Positions 46,604 through 55,623 of a DNA stretch of 64,000 nucleotides are shown here, one piece after another (the stretch's first letter is position 1; every line of letters begins with the position of its first letter). The notes beneath the pieces were generated by a model. It worked only from the letters and a program-made list of their open reading frames with translations, had not been told where the DNA came from and ran no database searches. Made by a program: the position numbers and the translations under genes. This DNA comes from Abditibacterium sp. (GTDB lineage: Bacteria > Armatimonadota > Abditibacteriia > Abditibacteriales > Abditibacteriaceae), in contig CBDASK010000003.1 in NCBI GenBank assembly GCA_965199495.1, positions 2,784,001-2,848,000 of the forward strand. Reading direction: 5' to 3'.

Positions 46604-47218
46604 ATGCAACAACGAAACGAGCGACTTTCTGACGCGCAGTGGGAGCAGTTTCTGCGCGACAACACCGAAAATAATTATGAATTATGGGACGGTCACGTCT
46701 ATGCAATGGCGTCGGGCGGCTACTTACATTCGCGTTTGTTAGCGCATTTGGGTGGTTTGTTGGAGTTCGGCCTGGAGGACAAACCTTGTACGCCAACGGG
46801 CAGCGAATTTTATATCAAAATCGAAAGCACTGGCGACTGGCTGATTCCCGACAACGCGATTCATTGCCAAGACGCGCGCTGGGGCGGCGAACCGCGCCGC
46901 TTTTTGCTCAATCCCATCGTGGTTTTTGAGGTGTTGTCGCCTTCGACCGAACTCAAAGATCGCGGCGCCAAATTCGAGTTGTATAGCTCCATTGCGAGTT
47001 TGCAAGAATATGTGCTGATTTCGGCCCAACGCGTAGGCGTCGAACAATTCACGCGGCAGACCGACGACAGTTGGCTTTTGCGCCGTCACACTTCGCTCGA
47101 TTCCGTTGTTGATTTGCCATCGGTGGATTTTCGCCTGTCGTTGGCCGATCTCTATCGCGGTTTAGGCATTCCCGTGCAACTCACACTCGTGGCGCCGCCG
47201 CCAGAAATCATTTTATAA
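46604..47218 (+). CDS. Uma2 family endonuclease
   Basis: YELWDG..AM, PD, EVLSPST...DRGAK, SLQEYVLI. Confidence 0.9.
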   Translation: MQQRNERLSDAQWEQFLRDNTENNYELWDGHVYAMASGGYLHSRLLAHLGGLLEFGLEDKPCTPTGSEFYIKIESTGDWLIPDNAIHCQDARWGGEPRRFLLNPIVVFEVLSPSTELKDRGAKFELYSSIASLQEYVLISAQRVGVEQFTRQTDDSWLLRRHTSLDSVVDLPSVDFRLSLADLYRGLGIPVQLTLVAPPPEIIL

Positions 47219-47220
47219 AT

Positions 47221-47742
47221 ATGAGCACAAATCAAAATCTCGAACTCCTTCTCGACCAGGCCAACAGCAGTCCGTCTCCGCGCGCGACCAATTTGTCCGA
47301 AGCGACGATTTGGTGCGATGGCGCCTGTTCCGGCAATCCGGGGCCGGGCGGCTGGGGCACGATTGTCGAGCAAAACGGCGCGCGCCGCGAACTTTCGGGC
47401 GGCCTGGGCAAAACGACCAATAATCAAATGGAATTGCAGGGCATGATCGAAGGCTTGAAAGTTCTGTCGCCCGGCACGCGCGTCAAAATTGTCACCGATT
47501 CGGAATACGTCTGCAAAGGTGCCACGACTTGGATTAAAGGCTGGATTCGCAACGGCTGGAAAACCGCGTCGAAACAGCCAGTCAAAAACAAAGAATTATG
47601 GCAGGAACTACACGAATTGTTGCAACATCGCCCGCATAAAATCGAGTGGGTCAAGGGCCACGCCGGGCATTTGGAAAACGAACGCTGCGACGTGCTGGCG
47701 CGCGCGGCGATTGACGATATTCGCGATTCGTTGAACGGTTAA
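47221..47742 (+). CDS. rnhA: Ribonuclease HI
   Basis: DGACSGNPGPGGWG, TTNNQMEL, TDSEYV, WVKGHAGH.ENERCD. Confidence 0.95.
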   Translation: MSTNQNLELLLDQANSSPSPRATNLSEATIWCDGACSGNPGPGGWGTIVEQNGARRELSGGLGKTTNNQMELQGMIEGLKVLSPGTRVKIVTDSEYVCKGATTWIKGWIRNGWKTASKQPVKNKELWQELHELLQHRPHKIEWVKGHAGHLENERCDVLARAAIDDIRDSLNG

Positions 47743-47783
47743 AAATGATGCTCAAACAATCGCGCACGCTCTAGATTTCGACC

Positions 47784-48014
47784 ATGCTCGCGTTACTCGC
47801 GATTGGTTGCGGGATCGCCGGTTTGGAGATGCCGATTGCCAGACCAAACGCGGTGAGTGCGCGCGATTGGGCCAATTGGTGGGCGACGATTTCGTGGATT
47901 CTCATCGTCGGCGGCGGTTTGACTTTGTTTGGAATTGGCTTTGCCGGGTTGATTCGCGCGTTGGATAAAGTGGAGCGCAATTTTCTCGATGGCAATTCCA
48001 AACGCAAAGATTAA
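47784..48014 (+). CDS. Small hypothetical membrane protein
   Basis: 76 aa with two hydrophobic segments; fills the gap after rnhA. Confidence 0.45.
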   Translation: MLALLAIGCGIAGLEMPIARPNAVSARDWANWWATISWILIVGGGLTLFGIGFAGLIRALDKVERNFLDGNSKRKD

Positions 48015-48037
48015 TTCGCAAAGCGGATTCTGCGTTT

Positions 48038-49426
48038 TTAATCGGTGACTTCGATTAAACACAAATCGTGAAAACGCGCGGCGCCGACGCTGGTGCTGGC
48101 TATGCCGCCCAGACGCGCACAGATTTCGATTTCGGTGTTTTCGCCGGAATAAAATCCGGTGGCCACATAGCGCCAATTTTGGTCGCCCACTATCGCTGGA
48201 GTGCGTTCGGCGCCGTTGACTGTGCCAATCGAAGCGCCAAATTGACCGTTTGGCTCCACGATCTGCACGCCTTGCGTGGCGATCCAGCCGGTCAGCAGAT
48301 AGTTCGCGCGCTTTTTGATTGGGACTTTTTGCACCAACTTCACATCGTCGGGCTGAGTCGTGGCGATTTGAAGCGTGACTGCGCCGCGCTCTGGCGTATC
48401 GGGCAGGAGCGAGGCGGCGCTTTTGTTGTTCTTCCACGACTGAATTTCCCACGCGCCGTCGTCGCCGTTGCGGAAATCGCCGTTGCGCAGCAGATTGCGC
48501 GCGCGACGCTCCGGCGTCAGATATTCCGGCGAAGTGCGAATCTCGTCGTTGGCGATTTTCGCGGCGCTGGCTGCTGGCCCCGGCGCGCGCGGCCCGGCGG
48601 CGGGTTTGAGCGCGGCGTCCGCGCGCATCGTGCCATATTTCCACGCGGCCTCGCCCAGACCAACATTCTTGCCATCTTCGCGAATTTCGCCGTTGAGCAA
48701 ATCGCCATACCAATCTTTCCAGTTGCGTTCGTTGAGAACATAGCCGTGTTCCTCGCCGCTATGCAAACCACCTTTCTCTAAATTTACGCCCTCGCGCCCA
48801 CCGTAAAAGCCTTCGAGCAAGTGCAGCCACTCGTGAATAAAACATTCGGTCGAACCCGAATCGTGCGTCCAGGCCGAGGGCACATCGTATTGCACCGAAG
48901 CGAAACCGGCATAATTCGCCGAGGGAAACGTGCCCGACGCCCAACCGTAAGGGCCGGGCAAACGATAATTGGTTTCGTCATCCCATGATTTCCAATAAAC
49001 GAAAATCGCGTCGTATTTGCCCTGGGGCGCATAAGCGTCAATGTCCTCGCCGATGTCTTCGGGCGCTATTCCAACTCCGTCGTCCCACGTATGAATCGTG
49101 CGGAGCGGCACGTCGGAAACTCGGACATCGGCTTGCCATTGAATGCGCCCGCGCGTGATGCGATTGATCCAGTAGGGCACATCGGTTTGAAAACTGCGCG
49201 TGATGACGGCGATATCTTCGGGCGTCATTTGGTATTGCACTTTGAGATGGCGCTCCGAATGAATATCGCCAACCGGTTTAATCACCAATAAAGTACGAAA
49301 AACCAGCGGCTTTTGAGTGGATTCTGGTTGCGCGTGGCTGCATCGCGCCGTCGCAGACAAGGCACAAAATAAGAAGATTAGAACCGTGAAAACGCGCTGA
49401 AAAGAAAACTGAAAACGGCGATTCAT
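48038..49426 (-). CDS. Secreted protein with HEXXH zincin-like domain and C-terminal CBM4-like domain
   Basis: Signal peptide; HEWLH; NLLRNGDF...ARFHDLCL. Confidence 0.7.
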   Translation of the reverse strand: MNRRFQFSFQRVFTVLIFLFCALSATARCSHAQPESTQKPLVFRTLLVIKPVGDIHSERHLKVQYQMTPEDIAVITRSFQTDVPYWINRITRGRIQWQADVRVSDVPLRTIHTWDDGVGIAPEDIGEDIDAYAPQGKYDAIFVYWKSWDDETNYRLPGPYGWASGTFPSANYAGFASVQYDVPSAWTHDSGSTECFIHEWLHLLEGFYGGREGVNLEKGGLHSGEEHGYVLNERNWKDWYGDLLNGEIREDGKNVGLGEAAWKYGTMRADAALKPAAGPRAPGPAASAAKIANDEIRTSPEYLTPERRARNLLRNGDFRNGDDGAWEIQSWKNNKSAASLLPDTPERGAVTLQIATTQPDDVKLVQKVPIKKRANYLLTGWIATQGVQIVEPNGQFGASIGTVNGAERTPAIVGDQNWRYVATGFYSGENTEIEICARLGGIASTSVGAARFHDLCLIEVTD

Positions 49427-49531
49427 ATTTTAAATTTAAAACGGCTCTTGTTACGAGCGAAAAACTAAAAGGCTCCCTCGCCGATTGATTAAACAAGCGC
49501 ACGAGAAAATCAGGGGGACTTTTCCAAAGAG

Positions 49532-50128
49532 TTACAATCCCATTTTGCTCGCCACGTCCTTGCGTAACGCGAAGCAAATCGCGATGGCCAGCGCATCGGC
49601 CAAATCGGGCGGGTGCAGCGTGGCTTTGAGATGCAAACGCGCTTTGACGGCGGCTTGCACGTTGGTCTTGGTGGCGTGGCCGTTGCCGGTGACGACCTGT
49701 TTCACTTCGTTGGGCGTGAACGAATGCACCTGCAAATCGGCTTCTGCCGCCGCCAGCATCAAAACGCCGCGCGCGTGCGCCATCAACAGCGCGCTGCGCG
49801 GATGGGCGTAGGTCGAGAACAAATCTTCGATGACGACGATATCGGGGCGCACGTCGCGCAGCACTTCGGCTAAACCGTCGTGCAAATCTTGCAAACGTTT
49901 GGGAAATGGATCATCGGCTTTGGCCCGCAAAATTCCGCCTTCGACCAGACATAATGCGTTGGTTTGGCATTCGATAATGCCGTAGCCGGTGCGATGCAAA
50001 CCCGGATCAATGCCCAAAATCCGCTGGGCTTGCGGCAATCCCGCCAACTTCTGTGCGCGACGCTGGGCACTCGCGCCCGCCGAGTTGGCGCGCGGCGCGG
50101 GAGTGAAAGCCCTCGTGCGAATGTTCAT
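49532..50128 (-). CDS. ruvC: Holliday junction resolvase RuvC
   Basis: ILGIDPG..TGYG, IEDLF, ARG, GNGHATK, DLADALAIA; start codon uncertain. Confidence 0.93.
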   Translation of the reverse strand: MNIRTRAFTPAPRANSAGASAQRRAQKLAGLPQAQRILGIDPGLHRTGYGIIECQTNALCLVEGGILRAKADDPFPKRLQDLHDGLAEVLRDVRPDIVVIEDLFSTYAHPRSALLMAHARGVLMLAAAEADLQVHSFTPNEVKQVVTGNGHATKTNVQAAVKARLHLKATLHPPDLADALAIAICFALRKDVASKMGL

Positions 50129-50147
50129 GGGGAAAGCTGGAAGCATT

Positions 50148-50234
50148 AACAGAACCTGGAGCGGAAGCGACGCGGCTAATTTGCACAGGAAAAAGCTATA
50201 AATTAGCCGCGTCGCTTCCGCTCCGGGTTCTGTT
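50148..50234. repeat. REP-like inverted repeat, family A
   Basis: AACAGAACCTGGAGCGGAAGCGACGCGGCTAATTT ... AAATTAGCCGCGTCGCTTCCGCTCCGGGTTCTGTT. Confidence 0.85.
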
Positions 50235-50235
50235 T

Positions 50236-51540
50236 TTATTGTCTCGGTTCGTCGCCGACAGTGACTTCGATTGTTTTCTTGTCTTTGCCACCGCGCAAAA
50301 CGTCGAGTTTGAGTTTATCGCCGACTTTGCCTTTTTTAATTTCGTCAACCACGGCTTTATCGGATTTGGTCGCGACGCCGTTGACGCCGCGAATGACATC
50401 GTTTTCCTTGAGGCCCGATTTGGCGGCGGGCGAGTTGGGTTCGATGCCGCCAACGAAACCGCCGTTGGTATCGGGCAAACCCAAATCGGCTTTCAAATCG
50501 GGGAAAATGGGCCGAATCGAAACGCCGATATACGGATGCGCGACTTTGCCGTTTTTGATGATTTCGTCGGCTTTTTGCATCGCCTTGGAAATCGGAATCG
50601 TGAAGCCCAAACCCTGACCAAACGGAATAATCGCCGTGTTGATGCCGATGACTTCGCCGCGCGCGTTGCACAATGGCCCGCCCGAATTGCCGGGGTTAAT
50701 CGGCGTGTCGGTCTGCATCATGCCGGTGAGTTCAAACGAATCGCGGCCTGCTTCGGGCGGGACGGGCAGGGTGCGCCCGACCGCCGACAACACGCCGACC
50801 GTCACGGTATTTTCTTGGCCGAACGGGTTGCCGATGGCGATTGTCCACTGGCCGATGTCGAGTTCTTTGGGGTCTTTGAATGGGGCGATTTTGACTTGCG
50901 GCAACGTTTTATCGTCTACAATCACCACGGCGATGTCGGATTCGCGGTCGTAGCCGCGCACTTTGCCGCTGATTTTGCGGCCATCGGGCGTGGTGACCTG
51001 TACCTTCTTGGCACCAGCCACGACGTGCGCATTGGTCAGCATATAACCGCGTTTGGAGTCAATGATAAACCCGGTGCCCTTGCCCTGCGCGCCTTCGGGC
51101 GGGCCGCTATTTTCGCTGCCGGGCGGCGGCAAAAACGTGTCATCTTTTTTCTTTTTGGGCGCTGCGCCAAAAGTCGTATCCACGTTCATTACCGAAGGGC
51201 CAAGCTCTTTGACGGCGACGACGAGCGGCCCTTCTTCGGGATTAATCACCGTTCCCGCACCCGCACCGACACCCGTCGGCAAAACGCTAGTTGCGCCCGC
51301 CGAATTGCGCCCACGCCCAATCGCGATGCCGCCGCCGATCATCGCGCACGAGAGCAACGCGCCCACCAACATCGCCATCAATGGATTGGTCGCGCTCCCA
51401 GCGCGCGTCGGTTCGGGCGCGATGGTTTCGACGTGTTGAATTGGCGCGCCGGGCAAATACGCGGGCGTTTCAGTTAGCGACTCGCTCGACGTGGCTGCAT
51501 CGTCGAAGGGCGGCGGGTTGAAGGGAGAATTTTGAGACAT
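50236..51540 (-). CDS. HtrA/DegP-family serine protease with PDZ domain
   Basis: TNAHVV, DIAV, GNPFG, NPGNSGGPL, PDZ SPAAKSGL. Confidence 0.93.
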   Translation of the reverse strand: MSQNSPFNPPPFDDAATSSESLTETPAYLPGAPIQHVETIAPEPTRAGSATNPLMAMLVGALLSCAMIGGGIAIGRGRNSAGATSVLPTGVGAGAGTVINPEEGPLVVAVKELGPSVMNVDTTFGAAPKKKKDDTFLPPPGSENSGPPEGAQGKGTGFIIDSKRGYMLTNAHVVAGAKKVQVTTPDGRKISGKVRGYDRESDIAVVIVDDKTLPQVKIAPFKDPKELDIGQWTIAIGNPFGQENTVTVGVLSAVGRTLPVPPEAGRDSFELTGMMQTDTPINPGNSGGPLCNARGEVIGINTAIIPFGQGLGFTIPISKAMQKADEIIKNGKVAHPYIGVSIRPIFPDLKADLGLPDTNGGFVGGIEPNSPAAKSGLKENDVIRGVNGVATKSDKAVVDEIKKGKVGDKLKLDVLRGGKDKKTIEVTVGDEPRQ

Positions 51541-51613
51541 CAGCGGTTTTCTGTTGCTTTAAATTTTACTTTATTTGGGAATGGGGGTTATGGAGGAGGT
51601 TACGGAGGTATGG

Positions 51614-51758
51614 AGGCGAATAAATTCGCAGCCACAAATAAGTGTCGGCCTGCGCCGACATGTCACAACTGCGGCTGCAAAGAACCGTTCTTGAGTGTTA
51701 GAATCTTCTCGTGTCGGCGCAGGCCGACACTTATTTGTGGCTGCGAATTTATTCGCCT
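51614..51758. repeat. Long inverted repeat, family B (47-bp arms)
   Basis: Arms 51614-51660 and 51712-51758. Confidence 0.9.
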
Positions 51759-51833
51759 AAACGGAACTATTCGCATCAAAATGAAAAAGACCGCGACTTT
51801 CGCCACGGTCTTTTCCATTTCGTCCCAATTCGA

Positions 51834-52340
51834 TTACAAATACGGATTGAGAATGCTCTGCCACTGCGCTTGCGTGTGATCCGATTCGATCAGTTTCACC
51901 TGTTGGCCTTTGCGATTATAGATATAGGTGCGCGGGAAAGCCACGGCGCCTGTGGATTTTTTGTCGAAGCCTTGGAAAAAATCGCCGATGTCGCCTTTAA
52001 TGATGTAACTGCCCGCATGGCCTTTTTGCGCCAGCGTGCTGGAAACTTTGGCTTTATCTTCGACTTCGTCGCCCGAAACCAGCAGCAAAACCGCGCCTTT
52101 AGAAGCGTTGGCGCGCTTGAGTTTGGCGAGTTCGGGCAACTCTTTGACGCACGGCGCGCACCAGGTCGCCCAGAAGTTGACGATAACGACTTTGCCTTTA
52201 TTTTTGGCAATCGCCGCCTTCAAGCCCGCAGGCGTGACGACATTAACGGCGGGCGCGGCCTGCGCCGTTTGCGCGGCGCAGCTCAGGGCAAAGGCGCCCA
52301 GAAGCGCGCCGAAGAGGGAAATTTTACGAGAGATTTTCAT
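51834..52340 (-). CDS. TlpA-family thiol-disulfide oxidoreductase
   Basis: NFWATWCAPCVKELP; signal peptide. Confidence 0.9.
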   Translation of the reverse strand: MKISRKISLFGALLGAFALSCAAQTAQAAPAVNVVTPAGLKAAIAKNKGKVVIVNFWATWCAPCVKELPELAKLKRANASKGAVLLLVSGDEVEDKAKVSSTLAQKGHAGSYIIKGDIGDFFQGFDKKSTGAVAFPRTYIYNRKGQQVKLIESDHTQAQWQSILNPYL

Positions 52341-52415
52341 GTTTGAAATAGTTTGGACTGTCGGGAGCGCCACATGTTCAATGTCGCGGCTTATTGGTGC
52401 GAATATTGGTGAAAT

Positions 52416-53039
52416 TTAACCTTCGCGTTTGATCGAGCAACCGAATGCAGCCACGTCGGCTTGCTTCACGGGTTGGCCCGCCAAAACTTCGTCCAGAGCC
52501 GCCGCGAGGGGACGCGCTTTGATTTTGGTTTCGTTTTGCGAATTATCAATTTGGCCGTGATAAACCAAATCGCCTTTGGCGTTGACGACATAGGTTTCAG
52601 GTGTAACTTTGGCGTCGAATTTATCGGCGATAACGTTGCCCTTGTCTTTTAATACCGGGAAAGTAAAGCCGTGTTCTTTGGAATGACTGGCGATTTCGGC
52701 GGTGCTTTCTTCTTTGTTGGCGTTGATGGCAACAAAACGCACGCCTTTGGCGCTGTAATTTTTGGCGAGTTTTTCCATGCGTTCGTTGTAGGCGTTGGAA
52801 ACCGGGCACTGCGTCGAAACGAACATGATCACGGTCGCTTTCGATTTGTTCCAGTTGCCGACTTCGACCGATTTTCCGGCGCTATTGGGCAGCGAAAACG
52901 CGGCGACTTTGGTCATCGGAGTTGGTGCTTTGGCTGCATCGGCGAGCGCGGCGGTTTCAAGTGTTGAGTTTTGCGTGGCGTAGCCGACGAGGCCCACAGC
53001 CAACAGGCCGAGGGGGGAGAGTGAAAGGAATTTTTTCAT
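52416..53039 (-). CDS. Thioredoxin-fold redoxin (AhpC/TSA-like), exported
   Basis: CPVS, TPE, YHGQID, GCSIK. Confidence 0.85.
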   Translation of the reverse strand: MKKFLSLSPLGLLAVGLVGYATQNSTLETAALADAAKAPTPMTKVAAFSLPNSAGKSVEVGNWNKSKATVIMFVSTQCPVSNAYNERMEKLAKNYSAKGVRFVAINANKEESTAEIASHSKEHGFTFPVLKDKGNVIADKFDAKVTPETYVVNAKGDLVYHGQIDNSQNETKIKARPLAAALDEVLAGQPVKQADVAAFGCSIKREG

Positions 53040-53144
53040 GGGTGTTGGAGATTTGGACGCGTTAAGCGCGAGATCGTTGCCCCGCGCGCAAATTTTGGTT
53101 CATAAAGCGGGGCGAGGCGCGTGGGTTTAGTAAAATGTCTTCTC

Positions 53145-53609
53145 GTGCAATTTCCCCCCGAAGCTGTGCGCGAAATCGCGCAGTTGCTTTCTCAGTCCGA
53201 TTTGGGCGAAGTCTCGTTCGAGGCTGGCCAAGGTCAACGCCTGACCCTCAAGCGCCAGCCCAAGTTCGTCGCCGTGGCTGCTCCCGCCGCGCCAGTCGCA
53301 GAAAACAGCGCCCCCGCCGCAATAGTTCCCGAAACCGATGCCACACCCGCAACCGAAGCCGCTACATCCGAAGCAATTTTGATTGCGTCGCCGTGCGTCG
53401 GCGTATTTCACGCGGCCAAAATTGCTGTCGAAGTTGGCTCGCCCGTCAAAGCCAAACAGGTCATTGGTCAGGTCGAATCGCTCAAAGTGCCCAACGATTT
53501 GGTCGCGCCCGCAACGGGCGTGGTTTCGCAGATGTGGGTCAGCGACGGGCAGGGCGTCGAGTGGGGACAACCGCTCTTTGAAATTGCGCCCGGCGAGGCA
53601 CCCGCTTAA
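53145..53609 (+). CDS. accB: Biotin carboxyl carrier-like protein
   Basis: Ala/Pro linker, SPCVGVF, VEWGQPLF; upstream of accC; atypical ESLKV biotinylation motif. Confidence 0.75.
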   Translation: MQFPPEAVREIAQLLSQSDLGEVSFEAGQGQRLTLKRQPKFVAVAAPAAPVAENSAPAAIVPETDATPATEAATSEAILIASPCVGVFHAAKIAVEVGSPVKAKQVIGQVESLKVPNDLVAPATGVVSQMWVSDGQGVEWGQPLFEIAPGEAPA

Positions 53610-53636
53610 AGCGCGGGCGGATAATTTGGAAATCTC

Positions 53637-54044
53637 ATGAAAAATTCCTTTTACGCGCTGGCTCTGGCCGGTTTCTTTGCCGTTGGCGTCGCTGGCGGTT
53701 GTGCCTCGCCCGATGCGACCGACGGAGGCGCAAGCGAGAAGTCGCTCCCCAAGCGCGCCGAAGATCGTGGCAGCGACATCGAAGTTGATTCCAACATCAA
53801 CCAGATTAATCAGGCGTTGATGATGATAAAACAAGATGGCGGCGCGCCCGCCACCCTTGCCGACGCCAAAAAAGCCGTCAAGGTGCCCGACGAAATGTGG
53901 ACGGATAGCGTGAGCGGCAAACCTCTGGTCTACGATGCAGCCACCGGCACGGTGCATCGCGAAGGCGTCGCGGCGGGCGGCCCTCCGACGGCGGGCGCCA
54001 ATCCCTTGCCCGGCGGCGTCAAAATCCCCGGTGGCTTGGGATAA
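53637..54044 (+). CDS. Hypothetical lipoprotein
   Basis: Signal peptide ending in lipobox-like AGGC. Confidence 0.65.
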   Translation: MKNSFYALALAGFFAVGVAGGCASPDATDGGASEKSLPKRAEDRGSDIEVDSNINQINQALMMIKQDGGAPATLADAKKAVKVPDEMWTDSVSGKPLVYDAATGTVHREGVAAGGPPTAGANPLPGGVKIPGGLG

Positions 54045-54052
54045 TAATTTCA

Positions 54053-54122
54053 GGGACAAGTGGCAGGGAACAAGGGATAAGGTGGAAAAGAAAGTTCAAC
54101 CTTGTTCCCTGCCACTTGTCCC
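54053..54122. repeat. Inverted repeat built of degenerate heptamers (23-bp arms)
   Basis: GGGACAAGTGGCAGGGAACAAGG ... CCTTGTTCCCTGCCACTTGTCCC. Confidence 0.8.
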
Positions 54123-54129
54123 CCAACTC

Positions 54130-55473
54130 ATGTTTTCCAAAATTCTCATTGCTAATCGCGGCGAAATCGCGGTGCGCGTAATTCGCGCCTGTCGCGAATT
54201 GGGCATCGCCAGCGTCGCGGTGCATTCAACCGCCGACAAAGATTCGCGCGCCGTTCAACTGGCCGACGAAGCCGTTTGCGTCGGGCCGCCCGCCGCCAAA
54301 GAATCGTATTTGAACATCGCCAACATCGTTTCGGCGGCACTGATTACCGGCGCCGAGGCGATTCATCCGGGCTACGGATTTCTGAGCGAAAACTCGTCGT
54401 TCGCCGAGATTTGCCAGCAGGCGCATATCAAATTTATCGGCCCGCCGCCGAGTGCGATTGACACGATGGGCAACAAAGCCTCGGCGCGTCAGAAGATGGC
54501 CGAGGCGGGCGTGCCGATTATGCCGGGCACGCCCGGCCCGGTGGCTGATGAAAACGAGGCGCTCGAATGGGCGCAAAAAATCGGCGTGCCCGTAATCATC
54601 AAAGCCTCGGCGGGCGGCGGCGGCAAAGGTATGCGCGTGGTTTTGGACGACGCCGAAGTCGCCACGCAGTTACAAATGGCGCGCAACGAAGCCGAAGCTG
54701 CCTTTGGCAATTCCGAGGTTTACATCGAGAAATTCTTGATCGAACCCCGTCACGTCGAAGTGCAGATTTTGGCCGATTCCCACGGCAACGTCGTTCATCT
54801 GGGCGAGCGCGACTGTTCGGTTCAGACCGCGCGTCACCAAAAAATGCTGGAAGAAGCGCCTTGCGCCTTTATTCCCGAAAAAACGCGTAAAGCGTTGGGC
54901 GAAGCGGCGGTCAAAGGCGCCCGCGCCGTCGGTTACGAAGGCGCGGGCACGATGGAATTTTTGGTTTCGGCGACCGGCGAGTTTTTCTTCATGGAAATGA
55001 ACACGCGCATTCAGGTCGAGCATCCCGTCACCGAGGAAATCACCGGCATTGATCTGGTGCAATGGCAAATCCGTATCGCGGCGGGCGAGCGTTTGCCGTG
55101 GAAACAAAAGGACATCAACTTCAGCGGCCACGCCATCGAAGTGCGCTTGACGGCGGAAGACCCGGAGAAAAATTTCGCTCCGAGTGCGGGCACAATCCGC
55201 GCCTTCGATGCGCCCGGCGGGCGCGGCGTGCGCGTGGATTCGCACATTTACAACGGTTACAGCGTGCCGCCATTTTATGATTCTCTGCTGGCAAAAATCA
55301 TCGTCTACGCGCCGACGCGCGCCGAGGCGATTGCCAAGATGAATCGGGCTTTGCGCGAAACCCGCGTCGAGGGCGTGGCGACGACGCGCGATTTTCATCT
55401 GCGCGTTTTGGCCAACGATTTCTTCAAACGCGGCGAACTTTCGACCGACTTCTTAAAACGACACATGGGGTGA
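54130..55473 (+). CDS. accC: Acetyl-CoA carboxylase biotin carboxylase subunit
   Basis: ILIANRGEIA, HPGYGFLSEN, GGGGKGMR, EMNTRIQVEH, YDSLLAK. Confidence 0.95.
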   Translation: MFSKILIANRGEIAVRVIRACRELGIASVAVHSTADKDSRAVQLADEAVCVGPPAAKESYLNIANIVSAALITGAEAIHPGYGFLSENSSFAEICQQAHIKFIGPPPSAIDTMGNKASARQKMAEAGVPIMPGTPGPVADENEALEWAQKIGVPVIIKASAGGGGKGMRVVLDDAEVATQLQMARNEAEAAFGNSEVYIEKFLIEPRHVEVQILADSHGNVVHLGERDCSVQTARHQKMLEEAPCAFIPEKTRKALGEAAVKGARAVGYEGAGTMEFLVSATGEFFFMEMNTRIQVEHPVTEEITGIDLVQWQIRIAAGERLPWKQKDINFSGHAIEVRLTAEDPEKNFAPSAGTIRAFDAPGGRGVRVDSHIYNGYSVPPFYDSLLAKIIVYAPTRAEAIAKMNRALRETRVEGVATTRDFHLRVLANDFFKRGELSTDFLKRHMG

Positions 55474-55480
55474 GGTTTCG

Positions 55481-55613
55481 GGAGGCAGGAGACAGGAAAC
55501 GGGAGACGGGATTCATCGCGAGCCAAAATTTGGCGATTGCTAACTCTGCATGGCAACGCGTCAAACCTTCGCCCACGATAAATCCTGTCTCCTGTCTCCT
55601 GCCTCCTGTCTCC
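55481..55613. repeat. Inverted pair of heptamer tandem arrays (GGAGACA)n ... (TGTCTCC)n
   Basis: 55481-55513 and 55581-55613. Confidence 0.8.
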
Positions 55614-55623
55614 TTCCGACATA

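Noticed and set aside
46604..47742. Uma2 nuclease plus RNase H as a defence or retroelement module
   Set aside because: The RNase H is a canonical rnhA, Uma2 genes are commonly scattered, and no reverse transcriptase is nearby
53935..54129. Extended accC start
   Set aside because: Overlaps the lipoprotein gene and a palindrome; conserved MFSKILIANRGE starts at 54130
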